This document shows positions 1 to 11,393 of a DNA stretch of 64,000 bases, piece by piece (the first letter of the stretch is position 1; each line of letters opens with the position of its first letter). The position numbers and the translations under genes were made by a program. The notes beneath the pieces are model-generated. The model was not told the origin of the DNA and made no database searches. It was given only the letters and a program-made list of their open reading frames with translations. The stretch is from assembly GCA_030390025.1 (NCBI GenBank), contig JASTWF010000035.1, positions 1,612,001 through 1,676,000 on the forward strand, in the 5' to 3' direction. The DNA is from Squalus acanthias. Its lineage: Eukaryota.

Positions 1-1260
1 GTCCTCTGTCCTCTCTCCCTCTGTCCTCTGTCCTCTCTCCCTCTGTCCTCTGTCCTCTCTCCCTCTGTCCTCTCTCCCTCTGTCCTCTCTCCCTCTGTCC
101 TCTGTCCTCTCTCCCTCTGTCCTCTGTCCTCTCTCCCTCTGTCCTCTCTCCCTCTGTCCTCTCTCCCTCTGTCCTCTGTCCTCTCTCCCTCGGTCCTCTC
201 TCCCTCGGTCCTCTGTCCTCTCTCCCTCTGTCCTCTGTCCTCTCTCCCTCTGTCCTCTGTCCTCTCTCCCTCTGTCCTCTGTCCTCTCTCCCTCTGTCCT
301 CTGTCCTCTCTCCCTCGGTCCTCTGTCCTCTCTCCCTCTGTCCTCTGTCCTCTCTCCCTCTGTCCTCTGTCCTCTCTCCCTCGGTCCTCTGTCCTCTCTC
401 CCTCGGTCCTCTGTCCTCTCTCCCTCTGTCCTCTCTCCCTCTGTCCTCTGTCCCCTCTCCCTCTGTCCTCTGTCCTCTCTCCCTCTGTCCTCTGTCCTCT
501 CTCCCTCGGTACTCTGTCCTCTCTCCCTTGGTCCTCTGTCCTCTCTCCCTCGGTCCTCTGTCCTCTCTCCCTCTGTCCTCTGTCCTCTCTCCCTCTGTCC
601 TCTGTCCTCTCTCCCTCGGTCCTCTGTCCTCTCTCCCTCGGTCCTCTGTCCTCTCTCCCTCTGTCCTCTGTCCTCTCTCCCTCTGTCCTCTGTCCTCTCT
701 CCCTCGGTCCTCTGTCCTCTCTCCCTCGGTCCTCTGTCCTCTCTCCCTCGGTCCTCTGTCCTCTCTCCCTCGGTCCTCTGTCCTCTCTCCCTCGGTCCTC
801 TGTCCGCTCTCCCTCGGTCCTCTGTCCTCTCTCCCTTGGTCCTCTGTCCTCTCTCCCTCTGTCCTCTGTCCTCTCTCCCTCTGTCCTCTGTCCTCTCTCC
901 CTCTGTCCTCTGTCCTCTCTCCCTCTGTCCTCTGTCCTCTCTCCCTCGGTCCTCTGTCCTCTCTCCCTCGGTCCTCTGTCCTCTCTCCCTTGGTCCTCTG
1001 TCCTCTCTCCCTCTGTCCTCTGTCTTCCTCCACTTCTGTGCTCTCGCTCCCTCTCCCACGGTTCTCAACCTCCCTCTCCTGCAGTCCTTTATCTCTCTCT
1101 CCCTCTCCCGCTGTGCTCTGCCTCCTGTCCCGCAGATCCCTTCCTCCCTCTCCCACTGTTCACTCTCTCTCTCCCTCCCTCTCCCGCTGTTCTCTACCTC
1201 CCTCTCCCGTTGTGCTCTCCCTCCCTCTCCCACTGTTCACTCTCTCTCTCTCCCTCTCAG
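1..1260. repeat. CT-rich minisatellite, ~22-bp unit CTCTGTCCTCTGTCCTCTCTCC (regular to ~1025, degenerate after)
   Basis: Direct tandem repetition; the spurious ORF peptides repeat every 22 aa (3 x 22 nt). Confidence 0.95.
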
Positions 1261-2741
1261 CCTAACATCTGTGGTGGGTAAAATTTTGGAGTCTATTATT
1301 AAGGAGACAGTAACGGAACATTTAGATAAACATAATTTAATAGGACAAAGTCAGCATGGCTTTATGAAGGGGAAGTCATGTCTGACAAATTTGCTTGAGT
1401 TCTTTGAGGACATAACGTACAGGGTGGATAAAGGGGAACCAGTGGATGTAGTGTATTTAGACTTCCAGAAGGCATTCGACAAGGTGCCACATAAAAGATT
1501 ATTACTCAAGACAAAAAATCACTGGATTGGGGGTAATATTCTGGCATGGGTGGAGGATTGATTATCTAACAGGAAGCAGAGAGTTGGGATAAATGGTTCA
1601 TTCTCGGACTGGCAACCAGTAGCCAGTGGTGTTCCGCAGGGGTCGGTGCTGGGTCCCCAACTCTTTACAATCTATATTAACGATTTGGAGGAGGGGACCG
1701 AGTGTAACATATCAAAGTTTGCAGATGATACAAAGATGGGAGGGAAAGTAGAGAGTGAGGAGGACATAAAAAACCTATAAGGGGATATAGACAGGCTGGG
1801 AGAGTGGGCAGAGATTTGGCAGATGCAATACAATATTGGAAAATGTGAGGTTATGCATTTTGGCAGGAAAAATCAGAGAGCAAGTTATTATCTTAATGGC
1901 GAGAAACTGGAAAGTACTGCAGTACAAAGGGATCTGGGGGTCTTGGTGCAAGAAAATCAAAAAGTTAGTATGCAGGTGCAGCAGGTGATCAAGAAAGCCA
2001 ATGGAATGTTGGCTTTTATTGCTAGGGGGATAGAATATAAAAACAGGGAGGCATTGCTGCAGTTGTATAGGGTATTGGTGAGACCGCACCTGGAGTACTG
2101 CATACAGTTTTGGTGTCCATACTTAAGAAAAGACATACTTGCTCTCGAGGCAGTACAAAGAAGGTTCACTCGGTTAATCCCGGGGATGAGGGGGTGGACA
2201 TATGAGGAGAGGTTGAGTAGATTGGGACTCTACTCATTGGAGTTCAGAAGAATGAGAGGCGATCTTATTGAAACATATAAGATTGTGAAGGGGCTTGATC
2301 GGGTGGACGCGGTGAGGATGTTCCCAATGATGGGTGAAACTAGAACTAGGGGACATAATCTTAGAATAAAGGGCTCCTCTTTCAAAACTGAGATGAGGAG
2401 AAACTTTTTCACTCAGAGGGTAGTAGGTCTGTGGAATTTGCTACCCCAGGAAGCTGTGGAAGCTACATCATTAAATAATTTTAAAACAGAAATAGACCGT
2501 TTCCTAGAAGTAAAGGGAATCAGGGGTTACGGGGAGCGGCCTGGAAATTGGACATGAGTTTGAGTTCGGATCGGTCAAGGCCCTGTGGGTGGCGGAGCCG
2601 AGTGGCCTGGTCCTGCTCCTGCTTCTTGTGTTCTTTAGAGTTGAGGTTGGATCAGATCAGCCATGATCTCATTGAATGGCGGAGCAGGCTCGAGGGGCCG
2701 ATTGGTCTACTCCTGCTCCTATTTCTTATGTTCTTATGTTC
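1261..2741 (+). mobile_element. 5'-truncated CR1 LINE (RT to 3' tail) inserted into the CT repeat
   Basis: [32 protein letters not shown] and KFADDT motifs; 3' stem-loop ggagcagg..cctgctcc; (TTCTTATG)n end; the CT repeat resumes at ~2742. Confidence 0.93.
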
Positions 2742-3124
2742 TCCCTCTGTCCTCTGTCTCCCTCTCCCGCTGTCCTCTCTCTCTCTCCCTCTCCCTCTGT
2801 CCTCTATCTCCCTCTCCCGCTGTGCTCTATCACCCTCCTGCTCGATGTGTCTAAGCTGGAACTTTAATTTATTGCAGAGCACATTTAAAATGTAAGCTGC
2901 CATTAGTTTGTGGTGTTACACCCACTCCCTCACTGCCGGTGGATTCCAGAGCTGGGGCAATGTACCACAGAACTAATCGCGACACACACAGCATGTCCTT
3001 CTCTTCTGTTGTTCTGCGTTGGGTGCCATTCGAATTTAGTTGAATCTAGTCTTCCATCCATCTGTACCCATCAGTTTCAGGTAAATCCAATCACCTGAGT
3101 TCCTAACTCCTCTCCCTTCTCCAG

Positions 3125-3291
3125 TACTACAGACCATTTAACATTCGCATTGCTCTGATTGGAGTCGAGGTGTGGACCACCGACCAAATCACAGTGGACA
3201 GAAGTGCTCAGGTAACCCTGAGTCGATTCCTCCAGTGGAGGCAGAGTAATCTTCTACCGCGATTGTACAACGACAACGCTCATCTCATCAT
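3125..3291 (+). CDS. ADAM metalloprotease-domain exon (YYRPFNIRIALIGVEVWTTDQITVDRSAQVTLSRFLQWRQSNLLPRLYNDNAHLI..)
   Basis: Polypyrimidine tract plus CAG acceptor, GTGAGT donor, 167 nt (phase 0 to 2). Resembles the ADAM12/15/19/33 segment F.RPLN.R..L.G.E.W...FL.WR...LLPR..HD.A.L and splices in frame to 23632. Confidence 0.92.
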
Positions 3292-3369
3292 GTGAGTACC
3301 TGACACCCAACTCTCTCAAATCAAACTAACCCTAGGCAGGAGACAGCGAATGTGTAAATGAAAACATCT

Positions 3370-3885
3370 CTCCCATCGCAAATCGGGCAACCGCCTCGCC
3401 ACACGCAATTCTCCTTCCCCCTGGCCTCCCTCATCTGCTGAGGACTGCTGTTGCTGCTGTTCCTCAGCATCTTCCAAATGCAGGTCTCTCTGTAATACGA
3501 GGTTATGCAGGATCGGGCAGACCCCGATGTGGAGAGTCTCTCTGGGGCATATTGTAAGGAGCTCCCCGACCGGTCAAGACACCTGAATCCCTGCTTCAGC
3601 GTCCCTGTGGTGTGCTCAGTAATGATCCTGGGGGTCTCCTGGCTTCAATTCTAGCTGTGTTGCTCGGGCGTCCTGAGGTTGCAGAGGTGGGGTCATTAGC
3701 ATATCTGTAGGGGATATCCCTTGTCCCCAGCAGCCATCCTGCCACGTTCCTCACTTGGTCGACTATTGGGGGGATAGTAGACTGGCTCAGGATAAAAGCA
3801 TGGTGGCAGTTCCCTGGGTACCTTGCACAGACCTGCATAATGTTGTTCCTGTGATCAGCCACGAGCTGGACATTGATGGAGTGTT
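3370..3885 (-). pseudogene. Decayed Harbinger (HARBI1-type) transposase fragment
   Basis: Minus-strand translations HSINVQLVADH..YPGNCHHAFIL..WLLG and LKQGFRCLDRSGSSLQYAPER resemble the intact transposase at 11394-12641. Confidence 0.8.
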
Positions 3886-3899
3886 GACAGGCATCGTGG

Positions 3900-4585
3900 C
3901 CTCTTCCATGTTGGTGGTGTTTTGGTGGTGAATGCTCTGGTGGGGTCAGACTCAGGGAGATGCATGAGGTGTGCGTACCAGAGGAGCTGGTAATGATCAG
4001 CCAGCCGGGCAGCGGTGATTGATCAGTCAAGTTGCCTAAAGTCTCATTTGAGGTTTTGTCCTGAAGCTTAACCTTTAGTAGTGTGCGAAGTGATCTAGAA
4101 TCGAATCCATCGATTCGCTTGTTCATTACTTTGAGATTGCAACTTATGTCTGATCTCCATATATGGGATAGAGAGTTCATTGCAGAGCTCGCAAGCGCAT
4201 TGTGGCTATGGCAGTCAGGGGAACAGTCCCATTGAAGGGAATCATACCGCCTATGGAAGTGAATTGTGCCACTGATTCCACTGTCTGCAGAGGATCGGCA
4301 TCTGTAATTAAGGCAGCTGGAATGATATCGCGTCCTAGCGATTGCACCTTGGTCTTGTTCCAGATAATGTGAAGACCAGGGCTAGATGCCTCTAGATGCC
4401 TCTTGCCAAAGATTCGGTGAGAGTGCCCACAGTTTCAGCCAAGGGTATGATGTCATCAGCACAATCCAGATCTGTGATGAACCCTGACCCAGAACACCGG
4501 GTGGGGATTGTTATGTGCCGGAGGGGCAAGTAGACATCTGTGATCACACCAGATTTTGGGCGGGATGGGGAATGGAATCCAGCCC
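3900..4585 (-). mobile_element. Old RTE-like LINE fragment
   Basis: ITDLDCADDI (DLDFADD-like RT motif) and the C-terminal stretch RIDGFDSRSLRTLLKVKLQDKTSNETL; heavily decayed. Confidence 0.55.
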
Positions 4586-6660
4586 GATACATAGAATCAT
4601 AGAATCATAGAAAGTTACAGCACGGAAGGAGGCCATTTCAGCCCATCGTGTCCGCGCCGGCCAACAAAGAGCTATCCAGCCTAATCCCACTTCCCAGCTC
4701 TTGGTCCGTAGCCCTGCAGGTTCGAGCATCCCAAGTGCACATCCAAGTACTTTTTAAATGTGGTTAGGGTTTCTGCCTCTACCACCCTTTCAGGAAGTGA
4801 GTTCCAGACCCACACAACCCTCTGGGTGAAGAAATTTCCCCTCAAATCCCCTCCAAACCTTCCACCAATTACTTTAAATCTGTGCCTCCTGGTTTTTGAC
4901 CCCTCTGCTAAGGGAAATAGGTTCTTTCTATCCACTTTATCTATGCCCCTCATAATTTTATACACCTCAATAAGGTCTCCCCTCAGCCTCCTCTGTTCCA
5001 AGGAAAACAGACCCAGTCTATCCAATCTTTTCTCATAGCTAAGATTCTCTACTCCCGGCAACATCCTTGTAAATCTCCTCTGTACCCTCTCTAGTGCAAT
5101 CACATCTTTCCTGTAATGTGGTGACCAGAACTGCACGCAGTACTCTAGCTGAGGCCTAACTAGTGTTTTATACAGTTGAAGCATAACCCCCCTGCTCTTG
5201 TATTCTATGCCACGGCTAATAAAGGCAAGCATTCCGTATGCCTTCTTAACCACCTTATCTACCTGGCCTGCTACCTTCAGGGATATGTGGACATGCACTC
5301 CAAGGTCCCTTTGTTCCTCTACACTACTCAGTGTCCTACCATTTAATGTGTATTCCCTTTCCTTGTTAGCCCTCCCCAAATGCATTACCTCACACTTCTC
5401 CGGATTGAATTCCATTTGCCACTGTTCTGCCCACCTGACCAATTTATTGATATCTTCCTGCAGTCTACAGCTTCCTTCTTCAGTATCAACCACACAGCCG
5501 ATTTTAGTATCATCTGCAAACTTCTTAATCATACCCCCTATATTCAAGTCTAGATCATTGATATATACCACAAAAATCAAGGGACCTAGTACTGAGCCCT
5601 GCGGAACCCCACTGGAAACAACCTTCCAGACACAAAAACACCCATCAACCATTACCCTCTGCTTCCTGTCGCCGAGCCAGTTTTGAATCCAACTTGACAC
5701 TTTGCCCTGGATCCCATGGGCTTTTAACTTCGTGACCAGTCTGCCATGTGAAACCTTATCAAAAGCCTTGCTAAAGTCCATATATACTACATCAAATGCA
5801 CAACCCTCATCTACCCTCCTTGTTACCTCCTCAAAAAATTCAATCAAGTTTGCCAGACACGACCTTCCCTTAACAAATCCGTGCTGACTATCCTTGATTA
5901 ATCCGTGTCTTTCTAAATCAAGGTTTATCCTGTCCTTCAGAATTCTTTCCAATAATTTTCCCACCACCGAGGTTACGCTGACTGGCCTGTAATTACTCGG
6001 TCTATCCTTTTCTCCCTTTTTAAACAAGGGTACCAAATTAGCAGTCCTCCAGTCCTCCGGCACCACACCTGAAGCCAGAGAGGATTGAAAAATGATGGTC
6101 AGGGCCTCTGCTATTTCCTCTTTTGCTTCACTTAACAGCCTGGGATACATTTCATCCAGGCCTGGGGATTTATCCACTTTTAAAGCTGCTAAACCCCTTA
6201 ATACTTCCTCTCTCACTATGTTTATTTCCTCTAATATTTCACACTCCTCCCCCGTGATAGCAACGTCTGCTTCGCCCCTCTCCTTTGTGAAAACAGACGC
6301 AAAGTATTCATTAAGAACCCTACCGACGTCTCCCGCCTCCACACACAGATTACCCTCATGATCTCTAATAGGCCCTACCCTTTCTTTAGTTATCCTCTTA
6401 CTCTTAATATATTTACAAAACATCTTTGGGTTTTCCTTGATTTTACTTGCCAAGAATTTTTCATGCTCTCTCTTTGCTTTCCTAATATCCTTTTTAATTG
6501 CACCCCTGCACTTTCTGTATTCCTCTAAAGATTCTGGAGTATTTAGCCCTCGGTATCTGTCATACGCCTCCCTTGTTTTTTTTATCCTACCCTGTATGTC
6601 TCTAGACAAAATTGAGAGGTCGCACAACACCAGGTTATAGTCCAACAGTTTTATTTGAAA

Positions 6661-6698
6661 TCACAAGCTTTCGGAACTATCGCTCCTTCCTCAGGTGA
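6661..6698 (-). ncRNA. Minimal type I hammerhead ribozyme (inverted arm of PLE 1)
   Basis: Reverse complement of 9692-9729. Confidence 0.8.
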
Positions 6699-7855
6699 AG
6701 TAAATTGGATACAGAATCGTCAGAGCATATATAGATGGAAAAAAAAGCATGTGTACTTTACAATTGCAGACCAATAAATTAAATCATCCTGACTATCTGC
6801 CGAGGTGTGATAAAGTTAATTAAGTCAGCCAGGAAGGTACCACATCAAAAGACATAGCAAGATACAACTGAGACAATGAGGTGAAGTCGCAGGGGTTCTA
6901 ACGTGTCAAAAGCTGCCGTCTGTATGTAAAACGAAAAGCTTTAAAAAAAAAAATTTACTTTTTTACTGGGAAAATTTTTACTTTTTTACTGGGAATCACA
7001 TCTGTGAACAAGCTAACGACGACTCGAGTCCGGATCACGTCATGTATCGTGACATAAACCCAAGATCTCGATTGAGACCGTCTTCATGAGTGCAGAACTT
7101 GGCTATCAGTTTCTGCTCGATGATTTTGCGTTGTCGTGTGTTTCTAAGGTTGCCTTGGAGAACGCTTACCCGCAGATCCGAGGCTGAATGTCCTTGACTG
7201 CTGAAGTGTTCCCCGACTGGGAGGTAACAATCCTGCCTGGCGATTGTTGCGCGGTGCTCGTTCATACGTTGTCTCAGTGTCTGCATGGTCTCGCCGATGT
7301 ACCATGCCGCGGTGCATTCTTTCCTGCAACGTATGAGGTAGACAACGTTGGCCGAGTCACATGAGTATGTACCATGTACCTGGTGGGTAGTGTCCTCACG
7401 TGTGATGGTGGTATCTGTGTTGATGATCTGGCATGTCTTGCAGAGTTTGCCATGGCAGGGTTGTGTGGTGTCGTGGTCGCTGTTATCCTGAAAGCTGGGT
7501 AATTTGCTGCGAACGATGGTACTTCTGAGGTTAGGCGGCTGTTTGAAGGCAAGTAGTGGAGGCGTGGGGATGGCCTTAGCGAGGTGTTTGTCGTCATTGA
7601 TGACATGTTGAAGGCTGCGAAGAACATGTCGTAGTTTCTCCGCTCCGGGGAAGTACTGGACGACGTAGGGTACCCTGTTGGTTGTGTCCCGTGTTTGCCT
7701 TCTGAGGAGGTCTATGCGATTTTTCGCTGTGGCCCGTCGGAACTGTCGATCGATGAGTCGAGCGTCATATCCCGTTCTTACGAGGGCGTTTTTCAGCGTC
7801 CGTAGGTGTCCATCGCGTTCCTCCTCGTCTGAGCAGATCCTGTGTATTCGCAGGA

Positions 7856-9355
7856 TCTGGGTACGTCGAGGGCATTCTGAAACCCATCGTACAGGGAACC
7901 CCCAGCTTCTGTCGCGACACTACAGACTTCTTACAGAAACTCAGCACCCACGGACCAGTTGAACCAGGAACACTCCTTGCCACGATGGACGTATCGGCAC
8001 TCTACACCAGTATCCCCCACGATGACGGCATCGCTGCAACAGCCTCAGTACTCAACATCAACAACAGCCAATCTCCAGACGCCATCCTACAACTCATCCG
8101 CTTCATCCTTGACCACAATGTCTTCACCTTCGACAACCATTTTTTTACCCAAACACACGGAACAGCCATGGGGACCAAATTCGCACCCCAATACGCCAAC
8201 ATCTTCATGCACAAGTTCGAGCAAGACTTCTTCGCTGCACAGGACCTCCAGCCAACGCTGTACACCAGATACATCGACGACATTTTCTTCCTTTGGACCC
8301 ATGGCGAAGGATCACTGAAAAGACTACACGATAACATAAACAAGTTCCATCCCACCATCAAACTCACCATGGACTACTCCTCAGAATCGGTCTCATTCCT
8401 GGACACACGAATCTCCATCAAAGACGGACACCTCAGCACTTCACTCTACCGCAAGCCCACGGACAACCTCACGATGCTCCACTTCTCCAGCTTCCACCCT
8501 AACCATGTTAAAGAAGCCATCCCCTATGGACAAGCCCTGCGAATACACAGGATCTGCTCAGACGAGGAGGAACGCGATGGACACCTACGGACGCTGAAAA
8601 ACGCCCTCGTAAGAACGGGATATGACGCTCGACTCATCGATCGACAGTTCCGACGGGCCACAGCGAAAAATCGCATAGACCTCCTCAGAAGGCAAACACG
8701 GGACACAACCAACAGGGTACCCTACGTCGTCCAGTACTTCCCCGGAGCGGAGAAACTACGACATGTTCTTCGCAGCCTTCAACATGTCATCAATGACGAC
8801 AAACACCTCGCTAAGGCCATCCCCACGCCTCCACTACTTGCCTTCAAACAGCCGCCTAACCTCAGAAGTACCATCGTTCGCAGCAAATTACCCAGCTTTC
8901 AGGATAACAGCGACCACGACACCACACAACCCTGCCATGGCAAACTCTGCAAGACATGCCAGATCATCAACACAGATACCACCATCACACGTGAGGACAC
9001 TACCCACCAGGTACATGGTACATACTCATGTGACTCGGCCAACGTTGTCTACCTCATACGTTGCAGGAAAGAATGCACCGCGGCATGGTACATCGGCGAG
9101 ACCATGCAGACACTGAGACAACGTATGAACGAGCACCGCGCAACAATCGCCAGGCAGGATTGTTACCTCCCAGTCGGGGAACACTTCAGCAGTCAAGGAC
9201 ATTCAGCCTCGGATCTGCGGGTAAGCGTTCTCCAAGGCAACCTTAGAAACACACGACAACGCAAAATCATCGAGCAGAAACTGATAGCCAAGTTCTGCAC
9301 TCATGAAGACGGTCTCAATCGAGATCTTGGGTTTATGTCACGATACATGACGTGA
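7856..9355 (+). CDS. PLE ORF, 5'-truncated but open: RT, Cys-rich linker and GIY-YIG endonuclease
   Basis: Motifs MDVSALYT, GTAMG, RYIDDIF, PCHGKLCKTC and VVYLIRC..WYIGET..R.NEH; the frame is open upstream of the Met at 7985 to the junction. Confidence 0.9.
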   Translation, partial: SGYVEGILKPIVQGTPSFCRDTTDFLQKLSTHGPVEPGTLLATMDVSALYTSIPHDDGIAATASVLNINNSQSPDAILQLIRFILDHNVFTFDNHFFTQTHGTAMGTKFAPQYANIFMHKFEQDFFAAQDLQPTLYTRYIDDIFFLWTHGEGSLKRLHDNINKFHPTIKLTMDYSSESVSFLDTRISIKDGHLSTSLYRKPTDNLTMLHFSSFHPNHVKEAIPYGQALRIHRICSDEEERDGHLRTLKNALVRTGYDARLIDRQFRRATAKNRIDLLRRQTRDTTNRVPYVVQYFPGAEKLRHVLRSLQHVINDDKHLAKAIPTPPLLAFKQPPNLRSTIVRSKLPSFQDNSDHDTTQPCHGKLCKTCQIINTDTTITREDTTHQVHGTYSCDSANVVYLIRCRKECTAAWYIGETMQTLRQRMNEHRATIARQDCYLPVGEHFSSQGHSASDLRVSVLQGNLRNTRQRKIIEQKLIAKFCTHEDGLNRDLGFMSRYMT

Positions 9356-9691
9356 TCCGGACTCGAGTCGTCGTTAGCTTGTTCACAGATGTGATTCCCA
9401 GTAAAAAAGTAAAAATTTTCCCAGTAAAAAAGTAAATTTTTTTTTTTAAAGCTTTTCGTTTTACATACAGACGGCAGCTTTTGACACGTTAGAACCCCTG
9501 CGACTTCACCTCATTGTCTCAGTTGTATCTTGCTATGTCTTTTGATGTGGTACCTTCCTGGCTGACTTAATTAACTTTATCACACCTCGGCAGATAGTCA
9601 GGATGATTTAATTTATTGGTCTGCAATTGTAAAGTACACATGCTTTTTTTTCCATCTATATATGCTCTGACGATTCTGTATCCAATTTACT

Positions 9692-9729
9692 TCACCTGAG
9701 GAAGGAGCGATAGTTCCGAAAGCTTGTGA
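9692..9729 (+). ncRNA. Minimal type I hammerhead ribozyme in the PLE pseudo-LTR
   Basis: TCAC-CTGAGGA-A-GGAGC gata GTTCC-GAAA-GCTT-GTGA: CUGANGA and GAAA cores, stems I and II, and palindromic AAGCTT in place of stem III. Confidence 0.82.
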
Positions 9730-11393
9730 TTTCAAATAAAACTGTTGGACTATAACCTGGTGTTGTGCGACCTCTCAATTTTGTCCACCCCAGTCCAACA
9801 CCGGCATCTCCGCATCATGTCTCTAGACATCCAGGGGGCTCTAGATTTGTTAGTCCCACCTTTTTTCTTTAAGGGCACATATTTGGTCTGAACCCTCCGG
9901 ATCTCCTCCTTGAATGTCTCCCACTGCTCTGACACTGATTTACCTTCAAGTAGCTGTTTCCAGTCCACGATGGCTAAATCCCCTCTGAGCTTAGCAAAAT
10001 TTGCTTTACCCCAATTTAGAATTTTTATTCCTGGTCTATCCTTGTCCTTTTCCATAACTACCTTAAATCTAACAGAATTATGGTCACTAGCACCAAAATG
10101 CTCCCCCACTGATATGCCTTCTACCTGCCCAGCTTCATTCCCTAAAACTAAGTCCAGAACCGCCCCCTCCCTTGTTGGGGTTGCTACATACTGGCTAAAA
10201 AATGTTCTCCTGGATGCATTTTAGGAATTCCGCACACTCTGTACCATTCACACTAATTTTATCCCAGTTAATATTGGGGTAGTTGAAATCCCCTACTATT
10301 ACTGCCCTATAGTTTTTGCACTTCTCAGATATTTTTCTACATATTTGCTCTTCTATCTCCTGCTCACTGTTTGGGGGTCTGTAGTACACTCCCAGCGGTG
10401 TGATCGCCCCTTTTTTGTTTTTCAATTCGACCCATATGGCCTCGTTTGGTGATCCCTCCAACATATCATCCCTCCTCACAGCTGTAATAGTTTCTTTAAA
10501 CAATACCACGACCCCCCCTCTCCCTTTTTACCTCCCTCTCTATCCCGTCTGAAAATCCTGTAACCAGGAATGTTGAGCTGCCATACCTGCCCCTCTTTCA
10601 GCCACGTCTCTGTAATAGCTATAATATCATAGTCCCAAGTATCTACCTGTGCCCTCAGCTCATCTGCCTTGTTCGCTATACTCCTTGCATTGAAGTATAT
10701 ACCATTTAGTACCGGCAAAACTCTTTGATGACTCCTATCTAGCCCTTGATTCCTCTGTCCTTCCAATTTACTTTCTACGTTTTTGTTTTCCAATTCCAGT
10801 TTTACTTCCCTCCCTATTGACTCTATACTTAGGATCCCATCCCCCTGCCAAGCTAGTTTAAACCCTCCCCAACAGAACTAGCAAACCCTCCCGCGAGGAT
10901 ATTGGTCCCGTTCCCGTAGCTCGATAAGGTCCACTCTTATTCACCCACTTTCGAGACTCAAGAGACTAAGGGGTAAAAATTCAGTTGGTTGCGCCTCCCG
11001 TTAGCGCCTTAAGAGGGCGCTAATGGGGCGCAAAGCCACTAACGCCCGGGCGCAGCGATGTTTGCGCCGCTCGGGAACTTAACTAGACATTGTGCGGCGG
11101 CGCTAAACCTTACCGCCGCGACCACCTGCGCGCGCAGATTGTGACGTCATTCCATGGTGCAACGCCCTTGTGGCGCCCCGGAGCGGAAATTGAGTGGCGC
11201 CCCCTGCCTTACCGCCTGGCGCATCCAATGACCGGAAGACTGGAACGCTATCAATCGCTGTGGGGCTGGGGGGGGCGCTATTTAAAGGGGGCCTCTTCCT
11301 GTCTTTTTCTGTGGTTGACATTTTTGCACCACTCGTTCTGAGAGAGAGAGAGAGATTCGGATAGAGAGAAAGGGAGACTTCTGCATTGAGTCA

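Larger units (their letters stand above)
6609..9816 (+). mobile_element. Penelope-like element (Neptune type), 5'-truncated, with a 1.25-kb inverted copy of its 3' part at the 5' end
   Basis: TSD atgtctctagaca at 6596-6608 and 9817-9829; 6605-7854 is the reverse complement of 8536-9785; RT plus GIY-YIG ORF. Confidence 0.93.
4589..10910 (-). mobile_element. CR1 (HER1-like) LINE with nearly complete ORF2 (APE endonuclease + RT), interrupted by a PLE at 6609-9816
   Basis: The RT half is open from 4681 to ~6605; EN pieces at 9817-10793 (YFNARSI..DIIAITETW, YRPP, GDFN, SDH); (ATTCTATG)n tail at ~4589. Confidence 0.93.

Noticed and set aside
528..1561. 245-aa and 241-aa Leu/Ser/Pro ORFs, one fused to RT
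   Set aside because: Translation of the 22-bp minisatellite running into a CR1 fragment.
4681..6645. 654-aa ORF as a novel PLE-CR1 fusion protein
   Set aside because: Only ~13 N-terminal codons come from the PLE arm, with a non-ATG start; a chance in-frame junction.
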